From positions 20,001 through 144,000 of the forward strand of contig NZ_JMCB01000004.1 of assembly GCF_000737315.1 (NCBI RefSeq): a stretch of DNA of 124,000 nt. Direction: 5' to 3'. A program made the position numbers and the translations under genes. The DNA comes from Hyalangium minutum (GTDB taxonomy: Bacteria > Myxococcota > Myxococcia > Myxococcales > Myxococcaceae). The notes under the pieces are model-generated. The model ran no database searches, had not been told where the DNA came from, and saw only the letters and a program-made list of their open reading frames with translations. Of this stretch, positions 43,601 through 52,477 are shown piece by piece; position 1 is the first letter of the stretch, and each line of letters opens with the position of its first letter.

Positions 43601-44003
43601 TCAGACGGGCGACCTGCTGCGGGACATCTTCGCGCAGGAGGGCGTGCCCGGAGACTTCCTGGGCCACGTGGCGGGCGATGACTTCGTCTTCATCGTCGCC
43701 CCCGAGTCCGTGGACCGCATCTGCCAGCGCGCCATCGAAGCGTTCGACCGCATCATCCCGCTCTATTATGATCGGCAGGACCGCGAGCGCGGCCACATCG
43801 AGGCCGAGGACCGGTTCGGAGAGAAGCGGAAGTTCCCCATCATGAGTGTCTCCATCGTGGCGGTGATGAGCGACGGTGTGGCCCTGGATCACGCGGAACT
43901 GGCGCGGCGCGCCGCGGACATGAAGAAGCGCGCCAAGGCCATTCAAGGCTCCATCTACCTGCGCAGCGACCGCGAGCGGGAGACCCGGACCGTCACCGGA
44001 TGA
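40674..44003 (+). CDS. tmoK: Hybrid kinase REC-GAF-PAS-HisKA-HATPase-REC-REC-GGDEF (TmoK-like)
   Basis: HELRTPL, GTGLGL, three receivers and a degenerate AGDDF GGDEF domain; divergent from lexA as recalled for M. xanthus. Confidence 0.75.
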   Translation: MSELRHTLLLVDDEADVLDILVRMFQRQYRVLTATSGQEALSILRTQTVDVLITDQRMPEMTGIELVSASRAEGIDVTTLLLTGYTDPEDIIAAINQGQVYRYITKPWEVNDLLITVRNAVDYTQLRRDKERLLRQLHQRVEALFVLYEVSRASASDPPSYEAIIDRVLSAVARVLPYDCGAALIAPDDARSAILRLRCLGTVGEKALLGVKESMLGAYRRSSGQLLPEDRLTTRVTGTITQDSSAPAVYPSQVTVSLVAGGKPVGMLSLFSQNPQAFSEDDGVLLDTLANQTADAIQSLRAVEEEARRRIERMVESMADGVLLTDEADAIVVINPAARRLLRLGEDVGTLTGRMLEERLGFEPSELIRGWEYSGSQVLEEEVELFERHIQCTVTPVNDARGTVRGVCVVLRDVTEQKVLEERKDEFVSMVSHELRTPLTSISGALDLVLNFLAGPINEKQQKYLAMAKDSTEKLNTLVDDLLDLAKFAKGRLQMNFELTYLDELVRRAVEKYGPAFQERRVKVNTALPQYGLRVMADPNRVNQVLNNLLTNAAKFTPEGGEVTLELRATSSLPGFVSLSCWNSGEPIADENLERIFDRFEQARTPSNRTVRGTGLGLAICRHIVEAHGGRIWCEPSVQGVRFVTVLPVEPPQELLRPDANEIPYQARKLDSRGRVLVIEGEVELAYIIKALLLGRGYAVHIASTAEEGIQAARRHHPDAVLVAVRLPDVDGLRLTEILRHDPDTRRTPLLVNSSFDERQRAFRSGADAFLLRPLMVDKLLATVDSLVRGRTGQQHGRVLVVDDDAKIGSICGEVLASLGFEVTVVGSLEEARKILRERRPDVVLLDVTLPDGDGFVFIEEIKAERASGHISVIFLSARAETASKIRALKLGGDDYITKPFDALELGARVESVLRRKEQELSASPTTQLPGSNAIEREVQRRLMARKPFAFCYLDLDNLKAYNDYYGFAKADGVVRQTGDLLRDIFAQEGVPGDFLGHVAGDDFVFIVAPESVDRICQRAIEAFDRIIPLYYDRQDRERGHIEAEDRFGEKRKFPIMSVSIVAVMSDGVALDHAELARRAADMKKRAKAIQGSIYLRSDRERETRTVTG

Positions 44004-45835
44004 AGCTCTACCAGCAGCTGATCCTCTTCATGCTGGCAGCCACCGTCCTGCCCCTCGCGGTGGTGGGCTTCTACCTTTTGTCGAGCTCCGAGGCGGAGCT
44101 CGTCCGGCGCATCTCCAGCGAGCAACGCGCGCTGGCCGAGGCCTCCGCCGAGAGCGTGGGCAGCACGCTCATGAAGACCGTGGATGCCATGGCGCTGGTG
44201 GCCGAGTCCCTCGAGTGGGACGGTCTCAATGATGATGAGGCCCGTGGCGCGCTGACCCTGATCTTCCGCCAGTCCAACGCCGTGAGCGCGGTGATGCGGC
44301 TGGACTCCGCCGGCAAGCCCCTGGGCCAGCCCGTGTTCTACACCCAGGAGTCCAATGGCCACCCGGGCTTCGCCGAGGCCTCCCTGGAGACGCTCTCGCA
44401 GTCCGTGCCCGTGCAGACGCTGAAGCATGGAGACAAGGGCCAGGCGGCCCTGGGCCGCGTCTACGCCCACGCCCTCAGCGGGCATTCCGCCGTCGCCGTG
44501 GCCATCAAGCTGGGCGCTGGCGAGAATGCCTCGTTCGCCCTGGCCGAGATCGTCCTGAAGGACCTGGAAGACGTGCTGGCGCACAAGGCCAAGGACAGCG
44601 TGGGCCGGTTGGATCTGGTGGATAGCACCGGGCGCATCCTGGTGAGCTCCGAGCCCGAGCGGCGGCTCGCCATGCTGGAGGCCGCTGTCCAGGCCCAGCG
44701 GACCGCCGCCGCGGGAGAGATGGTCCGCAGCTTCCAGGTGGAGCAGCCCTCGCTCCGAGTGAGCGCGGCACGGGTGCCGCGGGCGCTGGACTTCGACGTG
44801 GTGGTCTCCGTGGACGAGGCCGTGGCCCTGGCCCCCGTCCGCACCATGCGCCACACGGTGCTGGGCTCCATTGGCGGCTCGTTCGCGGTGCTGTTGGCCC
44901 TGGGCGCGCTCTTCACCCGCCGCATCACCGCCCGGCTCTCCCAGGTCTCCTCCGCCGTCGAGGCCCTGGGGCGCGGCGAGCTGGATCGGCGCGTGAAGGT
45001 GGATGGCGATGACGAGATCAGCGCCCTGGCCTCCACCTTCAACATCATGGGCGCCGAGCTGGAGGCGGCCCGCGCTCGGCTCATGCGCTGGAACGATGAT
45101 CTGCGCGCCAAGGTGGATGAGGCCACGGCCGAGTTGAAGGCCGCCCAGGTTCAGTTGCTCGAGGCGCAGAAGCTGGCCGCCGTGGGCCAGTTGGGCGCCG
45201 GCGTGGCCCACGAGCTCAACAACCCGCTGGCCGGCATCCTCGGCTACGTGCAGCTCATGCTCATGAGCCGCAACGACAGCGACGATGACATGGACACGCT
45301 GCGGAAGATCGAGCAGAGCGCCAAGCGCTGCAAGGAGATCACCCAGAACCTCCTGCGCTTCTCCCAGCAGCGCGCCCGCGCGGACCTGCGTGCCGTGGAC
45401 CTGAACAACGTGGTGCGCGAGGCGCTCAGCCTCACCGAGAGCCAGATGAAGGGAGAGGGCGTCTCCCTCCAGATGGAGCTGGCGCCTCCCGTGCGCGTGA
45501 AGGCGGACCCCGCGCAGTCCACCCAGGTGGTGCTGGCCCTCGTGTCCAACGCCCGCACCGCCATGCTGAAGACGGGCTCCAAGGTCCTCACCCTCCGGAC
45601 GGGCGAGCGCGACGGCAAGGGCTTCATCGAAGTCGAGGACACCGGCAAGGGCATCCTCCCCGAGCACCGCCACCGCGTCTTCGAGCCCTTCTTCACCACC
45701 AAGGATGTGTGGTCCAATGTGGGGCTCGGGCTGTCGGTGGCCTACCGGATCGTGAGTGAAGCCGGCGGCACCATCGACATGCGGAGCGAGGTGGGCAAGG
45801 GATCGTGCTTCACCGTGTGGCTGACGAAGGCGTGA
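44000..45835 (+). CDS. Membrane sensor histidine kinase (Cache-like, HAMP)
   Basis: Two TM segments, HAMP (DEISALA.TFN.M), HELNNPL, DTGKGI and GLGLS. Confidence 0.92.
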   Translation: MKLYQQLILFMLAATVLPLAVVGFYLLSSSEAELVRRISSEQRALAEASAESVGSTLMKTVDAMALVAESLEWDGLNDDEARGALTLIFRQSNAVSAVMRLDSAGKPLGQPVFYTQESNGHPGFAEASLETLSQSVPVQTLKHGDKGQAALGRVYAHALSGHSAVAVAIKLGAGENASFALAEIVLKDLEDVLAHKAKDSVGRLDLVDSTGRILVSSEPERRLAMLEAAVQAQRTAAAGEMVRSFQVEQPSLRVSAARVPRALDFDVVVSVDEAVALAPVRTMRHTVLGSIGGSFAVLLALGALFTRRITARLSQVSSAVEALGRGELDRRVKVDGDDEISALASTFNIMGAELEAARARLMRWNDDLRAKVDEATAELKAAQVQLLEAQKLAAVGQLGAGVAHELNNPLAGILGYVQLMLMSRNDSDDDMDTLRKIEQSAKRCKEITQNLLRFSQQRARADLRAVDLNNVVREALSLTESQMKGEGVSLQMELAPPVRVKADPAQSTQVVLALVSNARTAMLKTGSKVLTLRTGERDGKGFIEVEDTGKGILPEHRHRVFEPFFTTKDVWSNVGLGLSVAYRIVSEAGGTIDMRSEVGKGSCFTVWLTKA

Positions 45836-45872
45836 GCCTCGCCCGCGCGTGCGGTAGCCTTGCGACAACACA

Positions 45873-46856
45873 ATGGCTGGAAATTCTCCCCCCAGGCGCC
45901 AGGCGCCCTTCATCCTCGGGCTCGTCCTGATCCTCGCGGCGCTGCCGCTGGGGTACTTCGTGTTTCTCCACCAGCCTCCGCCGCCTCCCGTGGCGCCTCC
46001 GCCGCCGCCACCGCCGCCCGCGGTCGTCGAGCAGAAGGCTCCGGAGAAGCCCCAGGAACTGACGATCACCGATGTGAAGGGTGACGTCGAGGTCCGGCGC
46101 GCGGACGGCACGTGGGAGCCGGTGAAGCCCGGCCGCAAGCTGCTCCCTTCAGAGGTGCTGCGCACCAAGGACGGCGGGACGGCGTCTCTCCGTGGCGACG
46201 CCGCGGACGTGACAGTGGAGCCCAGCTCCGAGATGTCGATGGAGGAGATCTCCGCCACCGCGACCCGGTTCCTGCTCGTCAACGGTATGGCGACCGCCGA
46301 GGTGCACTCGGGCGTCCGGCACACCTTGGTGATGCGCGCCACGGGCAGTGATGCCGTGGCGACCACCACCGCAGGCAAGTTCGCCATGAGCAACAACGGC
46401 GCGGGCACCGTCGCCGTCGGCACGCAGGCGGGTGAGGTCACCTTCCAGGGCAACGGGAAGATCGTCATCGTCCGCGCCGGCCAGCAGTCCGTGGTGCGGC
46501 CGGGCTCCAGCGGCCCCTCCGAGCCGGTGAACATTCCCTCCAGCCTGCTGCGCAAGGTGCAGTGGCCCTCGGCGCGGCAGAACAAGCGCGAGATCATCGT
46601 TCAGGGCGAGGCCGAGCCCGGCACCCGCCTGGAGATCGGCGGACAGACGTTCTCTCCGGGCCAGGACGGCGTCTTCACTCGCACCGTGTCCCTGAAGGAA
46701 GGGGAGAACGACGTGAAGCTCAAGGTCTCCTCCGTGGGCGGCAACCAGGAGGAGGCGAGCCAGAAGTTCCACGTCGACACCCAGGCTCCCAAGTTCAAGG
46801 TGAAGATCCCCTGGAATAACGCAGGGGGTCAGACTTCACCCAATCCGAATCCCTGA
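45873..46856 (+). CDS. Single-TM FecR-domain protein with a C-terminal Ig-like domain
   Basis: TM, Pro linker, VKGDVEV...LRTKDGGTA FecR pattern, then G.AEPG..L.I.G...L.EGEN Ig motif. Confidence 0.78.
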   Translation: MAGNSPPRRQAPFILGLVLILAALPLGYFVFLHQPPPPPVAPPPPPPPPAVVEQKAPEKPQELTITDVKGDVEVRRADGTWEPVKPGRKLLPSEVLRTKDGGTASLRGDAADVTVEPSSEMSMEEISATATRFLLVNGMATAEVHSGVRHTLVMRATGSDAVATTTAGKFAMSNNGAGTVAVGTQAGEVTFQGNGKIVIVRAGQQSVVRPGSSGPSEPVNIPSSLLRKVQWPSARQNKREIIVQGEAEPGTRLEIGGQTFSPGQDGVFTRTVSLKEGENDVKLKVSSVGGNQEEASQKFHVDTQAPKFKVKIPWNNAGGQTSPNPNP

Positions 46857-46948
46857 AGCGCATGACGCCTCGGCGCTGCCAGCCGAGTTCCCGCCCTGCG
46901 AGATAGGATTTCTGGGATTCCGGAGGGGATTGTAGAGTCGGAGACAAT

Positions 46949-48886
46949 CTGAACCGGCTTGCTCCAGTCCTGCTCCTACTGCTCGCTCCGGCAGCGCTGG
47001 CGGATACGCTCGAAATCCTCGGGCCTTCCGAGGCCGTGCCGCCGGAGGGCTTTGCCGTGGCGCTCGTGCGGCGCGACGCGGTGGGGGCCCCTGCTTCTCT
47101 GGAGGCCCCGGTGCTGTCCGCCGAGGGCGCTGAGGTTCGCGCTGGAGCTCCGCAGCCGCCGCTGAGCACCTTCCTCGTCCAGCCCCAGCCGGGCGCTCGG
47201 ACCGTGGTGCTGCACGCTCGCTCCGGCTCGCTGCAGGCCGAAGCGCGGTATGCCATTGGCCCTCCGGTCTCCGCTGTCACCTTGGCGCTCGAGCCCGCCA
47301 CTCCCGTGAAGGGACGGGACAAGGAAGCCACCCTCACCGTGCGGCTGCTGCGGCCGGATGGGACGCCGGATGATTCCGGTGCGCCGCCCGTGGTGCGCTC
47401 GAACGTGGGCCGCGTGGAGGCGCTCTCGAGGACGGGGCCCGGCACGTACCGCGCCCGCTACGTGCTGCCCTCCACGAGCTACCCGGAGGTGGCCGTCCTC
47501 GTGGCGCTCTCGGCATGGCCGCACCCGCAGTCCATCTATGGCGCGTTCGGGAAGATGCTCGTCCCGCTGGCGGCGGCCGTGGATCTGCCGGGCGAGACGG
47601 AGCCGGATGCGCAGATCTCCATCACCATCGCCGGGAAGACGTATGGCCCGGCGCAGGCCGGCAGGGATGGGAGCTTCCAGCTCCCGGTGATCGTCCCTCC
47701 TGGGTTTCCGTTCGGACAGGGGCGCGTGGTGGACAGGGCGGGCAACGTCCGGCGCACGCCCATCGATCTCGGCGTGCCTCCCACGGATGGCCTGGCCTGC
47801 GTGCTCAACCCAACGCGGCTGCCCGCGGATGGGGCCTCGCGCGCGCGGCTGCTGTGCGCGGCGAGTGATCGGCTGGGCCGGCTCATGCCGGATGCCCGCG
47901 TCACCGCGAAGCCGCGCTACGGAACGCTGCGAGGGCCCCAGCGCGCCGAGGGCGGTCTGCTCGAGTGGATCTACACGGCGCCTCGGGAGCTCCCCACGGA
48001 GCCCGAGCGCATCCTGGCGGCGTGGCCCCAGGGCGGCTCGAACTCTCGGGAGGAGCTGACGCTCCAGCTGGTCCAGGGGCCGGTGGAGAAGGTCTCCGTG
48101 TCCATGGCCGAGCCGCTCGTGCACCACGGCGCCGAGGTGCCGCTGGCCGTCGAGGTGGAGGATGCCTTCGGCCGGCGCCGCCCGGGTGCCCAGGTGGTGC
48201 TCAGCGTTCCCGAGGGGACAGCCTCTCCGCTGAAGGAAGAGCGCCCGGGAACGTTCCGAGGCACGTGGACACTGCCCGCCGAGGGGCCGGGCGGGGAGGG
48301 CGTCGTACAGGTGCGCGCGTTTGGCCCCGTTGGCAGCGAGCCCGCTCGCCTCAGTGCGTGGGTCCGGGACGGAGAGCTGTTCGTAGGCGTGTCGGATCTG
48401 GCCGGCCTGCCCATCCCCGCGCAGCCGTTGAAGGTGGGCGGTGAGCAGCGCGAGACGGGAGCGGATGGCACGGTGAGCCTGGGCCTGCTGCGCCCCGGCC
48501 GGGTCGAGGTCGTCCACGGCATCTGGCCCGGGCTGCGCAAGGTGATTCATGTGCTGGGCTCCAGCGGCCCGGTGTATCCGCAGGACCTCCCGCTGGTGCC
48601 CGCTCCCGTGGAGAAGAAGGTGAGCATCGAGGCCTTCATCCCCGTGAACGTGCGGCTCCAGGTGGAGGGCTCTCGGGTGACGTACTGGGCGGAGGATCTC
48701 CGCGGGAACGTGCTCCCTCAGCGCCCCCTGCATGTGGCGCTCTCTTCCGGACGCCAGGAGGCGGTGGAGAAGCTCCGTGACGGGAAGATCCGGTTCACCG
48801 TCGCAGGCGCCCGGCCCGGGCGGGTCAGCGTGTCCGTGGCGGATGTGCAGACGGGGATGACGGCTGTGGCCGAGGTGAAGCCGTGA
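46949..48886 (+). CDS. Secreted Ig-like multi-domain protein, probable CTG start
   Basis: The in-frame signal peptide LNRLAPVLLLLLAPAALA lies upstream of the first GTG (47036). Invasin/Big-like strands follow. Confidence 0.7.
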   Translation: MNRLAPVLLLLLAPAALADTLEILGPSEAVPPEGFAVALVRRDAVGAPASLEAPVLSAEGAEVRAGAPQPPLSTFLVQPQPGARTVVLHARSGSLQAEARYAIGPPVSAVTLALEPATPVKGRDKEATLTVRLLRPDGTPDDSGAPPVVRSNVGRVEALSRTGPGTYRARYVLPSTSYPEVAVLVALSAWPHPQSIYGAFGKMLVPLAAAVDLPGETEPDAQISITIAGKTYGPAQAGRDGSFQLPVIVPPGFPFGQGRVVDRAGNVRRTPIDLGVPPTDGLACVLNPTRLPADGASRARLLCAASDRLGRLMPDARVTAKPRYGTLRGPQRAEGGLLEWIYTAPRELPTEPERILAAWPQGGSNSREELTLQLVQGPVEKVSVSMAEPLVHHGAEVPLAVEVEDAFGRRRPGAQVVLSVPEGTASPLKEERPGTFRGTWTLPAEGPGGEGVVQVRAFGPVGSEPARLSAWVRDGELFVGVSDLAGLPIPAQPLKVGGEQRETGADGTVSLGLLRPGRVEVVHGIWPGLRKVIHVLGSSGPVYPQDLPLVPAPVEKKVSIEAFIPVNVRLQVEGSRVTYWAEDLRGNVLPQRPLHVALSSGRQEAVEKLRDGKIRFTVAGARPGRVSVSVADVQTGMTAVAEVKP

Positions 48887-51800
48887 GGTGGATCGCCTGC
48901 ATGCTCGGCGTCGTGCTCCTGCCCTGGACCGTCCGGGCGCAGGGCGGGGTGGAGGATCCACCGGCGCTCTCGTCCACGGTGGCCGGGCGCGTGTGTGACG
49001 ATCGCGATGGAGATGGGCGCTGCGCTCCGGACGAGCCGGGCCTGGCCGGGGTGCGGCTGGTGCTCGCCACGGGCAGCGAGGTGCGGACGGATGCGCAGGG
49101 GCGCTACCACCTCACGGGCGTGGACTCGCGCACCCCAGACCGGACGGGCGGCGTGCACCTGCGGCCGGGGCGCCACCGCCTGCGCGTGGATCCGCGTACC
49201 TTGCCGCCCGGGAGCAGGCCGAGCCCCGAGGCCGTCACGGTGGAGGTGCCCTGGGGCGCCGTGGTGCTGCAGGACTTCGCGATCCGCGTCCGCGTGGAGT
49301 CCGTGAGGGCTCTGGCACCCCCGCCCGCCGAGGCCCCTCCCCAGGCGGAGATCCGAGATGAGGGCCTCGCCTTCGTCGTGACGGGGCAGGCCTCGCCGGG
49401 CGATCGCGTGCGCGTTGCGGACACCGAGGCCGAGGTGTCCGCGGATGGAATCTACCGCGCGACCGTGATGCTCGGGCCCGGAGAGAACGTGCTCTCCATC
49501 ACCGCGACCTCGCCGGGCGGAACAGCGCGCTTCTTCCGCCAGCGCGTCGATGCCGTACGGCGGCAGGGCAGTTGGCTCATCGCTCCCCGCGCCATCGAGC
49601 CTCAGGGCGTGCTGCGGCTGCCGGCCGGGCCCGAAGAGGAGGTGCCCAGCGGCATGGCCTCTCTGCGCGTGGAGGCTCCCAAGGGAACGCGCGTGCGCTC
49701 GCCTCAAGGTGAGGTAACGGTGGGGCCCCAGGGTGAGGCCGAAGTGCCGGTGACCCTCACGCCCGGGCGGAACACGGTGGCTCTCGAGCTGGAGCGGCCG
49801 GGTGAGGCGGCCCGGAAGGAGACGCTGGAGATCGTCGCCGCAGCACGGCCCTTCGCCGTGGGGTTACTGGATCTCGAGGGCGCATACTCGCTCGGCGAGG
49901 GGGACTTCCAGCTCCACGGGCGTGGCGCGGCCCATGTGGAGGCCCAGCTGGGTCAGCTTCAGCTGCTCGGTGAGGTGGACCTGCGCGACACGGACTTCCG
50001 GGCGCTCCACTCTCGGGATGCGTCGTCCTGGCTGCGGCCCCGCTTACCCGAGCGCTTCGAGCGCAGCCTGGACCCGGAGCGGGCCATCAACGAGTGGGGA
50101 GATAACTCCGTTTCCCTGGCGCCCAACGCCTCCGAGGGCCGTCTGCGCCTGGAGGCCCGGCATGAGGCGTTCGGGCGCGCGGGCCTCGGGACATACCGGG
50201 CCCTCATGGCCGAGGGCGAGGTGGGCCGCTACTACCAGCCTCTCTTTGGACCCTTCGCGGAGCTGAGGACGGAGGCGGGCCCCGTCCGCGTGGGCGTGAA
50301 CGCGTTCGCGGGCAGCCTCTCGGATCCCGTGCGGGGCCTGTCCTCCAAGCCCGCCCACGAGGAGCTGCGGGCCACTGGCGGCAGCCTCTACTTCCTGGGC
50401 GCGACGGCCATCGCGGAGGGCTCCGAGTTGCTGCGCGTGGAGCTGCGGGACGGGCTCACCGGACTGCCCCTGGCCGAGCAGCACCTGGTGCGCGGCAAGG
50501 ACTACGAGATCGATTACCTCGCGGGGCGCATCTTCCTGGCGCGGCCGCTGTCGTTCCTGGCGGGCGGCCCGTGGCTGCGCACCGATGCGCTGACGGCGGC
50601 TCCCGAGCCCGTGCTTGTCGCCGACTACGCCGCGCTCGAGCTGTCGGGCTCTCGGGACTCGGCCGGTGGCGAGGCTTGGGCGGAGTGGGGTGGTTCGCGC
50701 GTGTCTCTCTCTGGAGTGCGCGAGCGCCGCGCGGGGGCTCCTTATGGGCTCTTCTCTGGGCGGGCGCGGAGCAAGCTGGCGGGCTACACGCTGGAGGCCG
50801 AGGCGGCTCGCAGCTCCGGGCTGGCCATCTCGCCCGAGGTGTTCGGTGTCTCGGACGACGGCGGAATCACGTACCTGCGGCCCACGAGGGACCTGGCCAC
50901 AGGCGGCGACGCGCTCGGTGTCCGGGTGCATGGCCCAGGGCCGCTTGGAGGCGGCTCGGTGGACGCGGCGTTCCGGTGGCGGGACCGTGGCTTCTCCGAT
51001 GGCGCGCACACCGAGACCGCGCTCTTCCGGCAGCTCTCCCTGCGCGCCTCGCAGCCGGTGGGGGCTTTCCGCCTCACGCTGCTCGGGGATGATCGGACCA
51101 CCGCGGATCCGCGCTTGCCGTTTGCTTCCACCTCCATCTCCGCGCGCACACTGGGTCTGGGCGCCGCGTACGAGCGCGAGGACTGGAGCGTCCGTCTGGA
51201 GCTGAGGGACGCGTGGCTCCGCGCCTCCGAGCTGGCAGGGGAGGGGATCGCGCTGGAGGGTGGACGGACCTCGGTGGGCCTCCAGGGGCGTTTGCGCGTG
51301 CACGAGCGCGTGGTGCTCACGGCGGGGCATCGGCAAGCGCTCCTGATGCGCGGCGCGGGGTTGGGCAGTGTGGATGACTCGTTTGCTTCGGCGGGCGTGG
51401 ACGTGCAGCTGGACGAGGACACCACCGTGGGCGTCCGCGGCGGCTGGGGGCCGGAGCTGGGCCCGCAAGTCTGGGCGAACGCCGCCGTGCGCCGCGGGCC
51501 CGAGGTCTTCTATGGCGGCTACTCGGCGGACGTGGACGGTCCGGACTTCGGGGCGGGCCGCGCCGTCATGGGGGCTCGGACCGAGCTGGACGATGGGACG
51601 AGCGTCTTCGTGGAGGACGTCAGCGCGCACGATGCGAACGCGGTGCGGCAGGCCCGTGCGGTGGGCTTCCAGCAGGCCCTCTTCGGCGGGCTCCAGGTGG
51701 GGGGCCGCTACGAGCGCGGCGTCCGCCACCCGCTGGATCTGCCCTCTTCGCTGACGCGGGACAGCGGTGGGCTGTTCGGGCAGCTCGTGCGCGAGCGCTT

Positions 51801-52464
51801 CCGCGTGGACGGCCGGGCGGAGCTGCGCCGCGAGCGGGGCACGCCCGTGCGCGGGGCACAGGTGCCGGTGGATCGGGTGCAGGCGGTGGTGGCGCTCGCC
51901 GCCGAGGCGCTGCTGCGCGAGGACCTGAGCCTCTCCGGGCGCGTGAACTTCGCTCGCACTGTGGGTGGGGAACAGCTGGAGGAACGGCTGCTGGAGGGGT
52001 CGGCCGGCGCGGCATGGAGGCCCGGCCCGTTCCTCCTCGTGGCGCGCTACAGTGTCACCCGCGAGCTGCTCCCGGGGGAGCGGGGCGCCTTCGGCGATCG
52101 GGCCTTGCAGGTCCTCTCGTTGTTGCCGGCGGTCCGGCTCGGAGATCGGCTGGCGGTGGCGGCCGGGGTGCACGCGGGGCGCTCGAGCCTGGGCGGCACG
52201 GCGGCCTGGGGCGTGACGGGGACGTTGCGGCCCTCCGTGCGGGTGGTCGGGGGTCTGGAAACGGCGGTGGAGGTCGCACGGCGGACAGCGGCGAGTGACG
52301 GTGGCGCGCTGAGCTCGCTACGGGCCGAGGTGGGGTATCGGGTGGACGAAGGCCTGCGGTTCGCCGCAGGCTACACGGTGTTGGGTTTCAGCGGCCTCGG
52401 GCTGTCTGGAGAGACGACGGATGAGTCGAACCGGCTCTACCTCCGAGCAGAGATCGCCTACTGA
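48883..52464 (+). CDS. Large outer-membrane protein (SdrD-B-like N-terminus, Ig domains, long beta-barrel)
   Basis: Signal peptide, GRVCDDRDGDG...DEPGLAGVRL, DYEIDYLAGRI, extensive amphipathic strands and terminal ..AEIAY. Confidence 0.75.
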   Translation: MRWIACMLGVVLLPWTVRAQGGVEDPPALSSTVAGRVCDDRDGDGRCAPDEPGLAGVRLVLATGSEVRTDAQGRYHLTGVDSRTPDRTGGVHLRPGRHRLRVDPRTLPPGSRPSPEAVTVEVPWGAVVLQDFAIRVRVESVRALAPPPAEAPPQAEIRDEGLAFVVTGQASPGDRVRVADTEAEVSADGIYRATVMLGPGENVLSITATSPGGTARFFRQRVDAVRRQGSWLIAPRAIEPQGVLRLPAGPEEEVPSGMASLRVEAPKGTRVRSPQGEVTVGPQGEAEVPVTLTPGRNTVALELERPGEAARKETLEIVAAARPFAVGLLDLEGAYSLGEGDFQLHGRGAAHVEAQLGQLQLLGEVDLRDTDFRALHSRDASSWLRPRLPERFERSLDPERAINEWGDNSVSLAPNASEGRLRLEARHEAFGRAGLGTYRALMAEGEVGRYYQPLFGPFAELRTEAGPVRVGVNAFAGSLSDPVRGLSSKPAHEELRATGGSLYFLGATAIAEGSELLRVELRDGLTGLPLAEQHLVRGKDYEIDYLAGRIFLARPLSFLAGGPWLRTDALTAAPEPVLVADYAALELSGSRDSAGGEAWAEWGGSRVSLSGVRERRAGAPYGLFSGRARSKLAGYTLEAEAARSSGLAISPEVFGVSDDGGITYLRPTRDLATGGDALGVRVHGPGPLGGGSVDAAFRWRDRGFSDGAHTETALFRQLSLRASQPVGAFRLTLLGDDRTTADPRLPFASTSISARTLGLGAAYEREDWSVRLELRDAWLRASELAGEGIALEGGRTSVGLQGRLRVHERVVLTAGHRQALLMRGAGLGSVDDSFASAGVDVQLDEDTTVGVRGGWGPELGPQVWANAAVRRGPEVFYGGYSADVDGPDFGAGRAVMGARTELDDGTSVFVEDVSAHDANAVRQARAVGFQQALFGGLQVGGRYERGVRHPLDLPSSLTRDSGGLFGQLVRERFRVDGRAELRRERGTPVRGAQVPVDRVQAVVALAAEALLREDLSLSGRVNFARTVGGEQLEERLLEGSAGAAWRPGPFLLVARYSVTRELLPGERGAFGDRALQVLSLLPAVRLGDRLAVAAGVHAGRSSLGGTAAWGVTGTLRPSVRVVGGLETAVEVARRTAASDGGALSSLRAEVGYRVDEGLRFAAGYTVLGFSGLGLSGETTDESNRLYLRAEIAY

Positions 52465-52477
52465 GTGGAGGCCTCGG

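Noticed and set aside
40683-43946. 1087-aa minus-strand ORF, and similar long ORFs such as 33618..36323, 52388..55249, 96056..99043 and 12819..15098
   Set aside because: These are antisense shadows of real genes, expected from high GC3 bias; they have no motifs.
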